A stretch of DNA of 64,000 bases from positions 19,840,001 through 19,904,000 of the forward strand of contig CAIIXF020000001.1 in NCBI GenBank assembly GCA_903813345.2. Direction: 5' to 3'. The first letter of the stretch is position 1; every line of letters begins with the position of its first letter. The notes under the pieces are model-generated. The model was given only the letters and a program-made list of their open reading frames with translations, did no database searches and was not told the origin of the DNA. Shown one piece after another: positions 63,395 through 64,000 of this stretch. The position numbers were made by a program, and so were the translations under genes. This stretch comes from Owenia fusiformis (lineage: Eukaryota).

Positions 63395-63832
63395 TAGTGT
63401 TGTCGCGATTCGATGCATCGGCAATTTTCAGTAGTAAACATCGATGCACATCGCGATGTACATCAAGAAAAAGTCTGAGAAAAGTGCACTGAAATACCGA
63501 ACGCTAATGTACTAAAATACTGAACAGAACAAAGAGTACGCTGGTAAATCCGGGAACTTCTAGTAATGGTGAAATGAAAGTAAAGTAATTTTTTTAGATT
63601 AATGGTTCATTTCGACTAGCTAAAACAGTTTTAAAGCGAAGGAATATCAGAAAACATTGGAAAATGAAATAAGACATGAGAAAAGTAAGCGATTTGCGTC
63701 AAAATAAGATAAGAAAGGGTGATCTTTAGCAGATTAATTTTTTTTAAAACATCGATGTTTTGTTTCAGACATCGATGCATCTGAGCTTTGGCGATGTATA
63801 TCGCGATGTATCGATTAATCGCGACAACACTA
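63395..63832. mobile_element. hAT MITE
   Basis: tagtgttgtcgcgatt ... aatcgcgacaacacta; 8-bp TSD gtaacgac / gtaacaac. Confidence 0.88.
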
Positions 63833-64000
63833 GTAACAACCCTCACTCTGCATGGTAAGTGCAAAAGGTAATGGTAGCGTTAAAGGGTTGACGAGTGAGT
63901 GGAGGAATCGTCACATTATTACCGGGTCCGTGTTGTGATTGTATACACTCTCAAGGGTTTTACACACATGACTGGTTGAATGGCAAAATGGCTAAATATG

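Overview
AT-rich, intron-containing animal DNA, probably from a marine invertebrate (inference from the gene and repeat content). Positions 1-12932 are a compound repeat array built from ~477-bp units. It has Helitron/Helentron-type (HINE-like) termini and lies inside an intron of a minus-strand cyclin T gene (10 coding exons visible, 3' end outside the window). Cyclin T is head-to-head with a complete KANSL2 gene, and each gene has one U12-type intron. Next come a 5-exon stand-alone orotate phosphoribosyltransferase-like gene with no decarboxylase domain, and a TE-dense block containing a young 5'-truncated CR1-group LINE nested in an old L1/Tx1 relic. The window ends with an intronless UDP-glycosyltransferase lacking the catalytic His, an AMN1 gene with a single coding exon, and a 2-coding-exon cytosolic sulfotransferase. 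About 20 non-autonomous DNA transposons can be delimited by their TIRs, most with target-site duplications (Tc1/mariner, Kolobok-, Harbinger-, Academ-, Transib- and hAT-like, plus 9-bp and 6-bp TSD types). All exon boundaries and homologies were read by eye and compared with remembered protein families; no database search was run.
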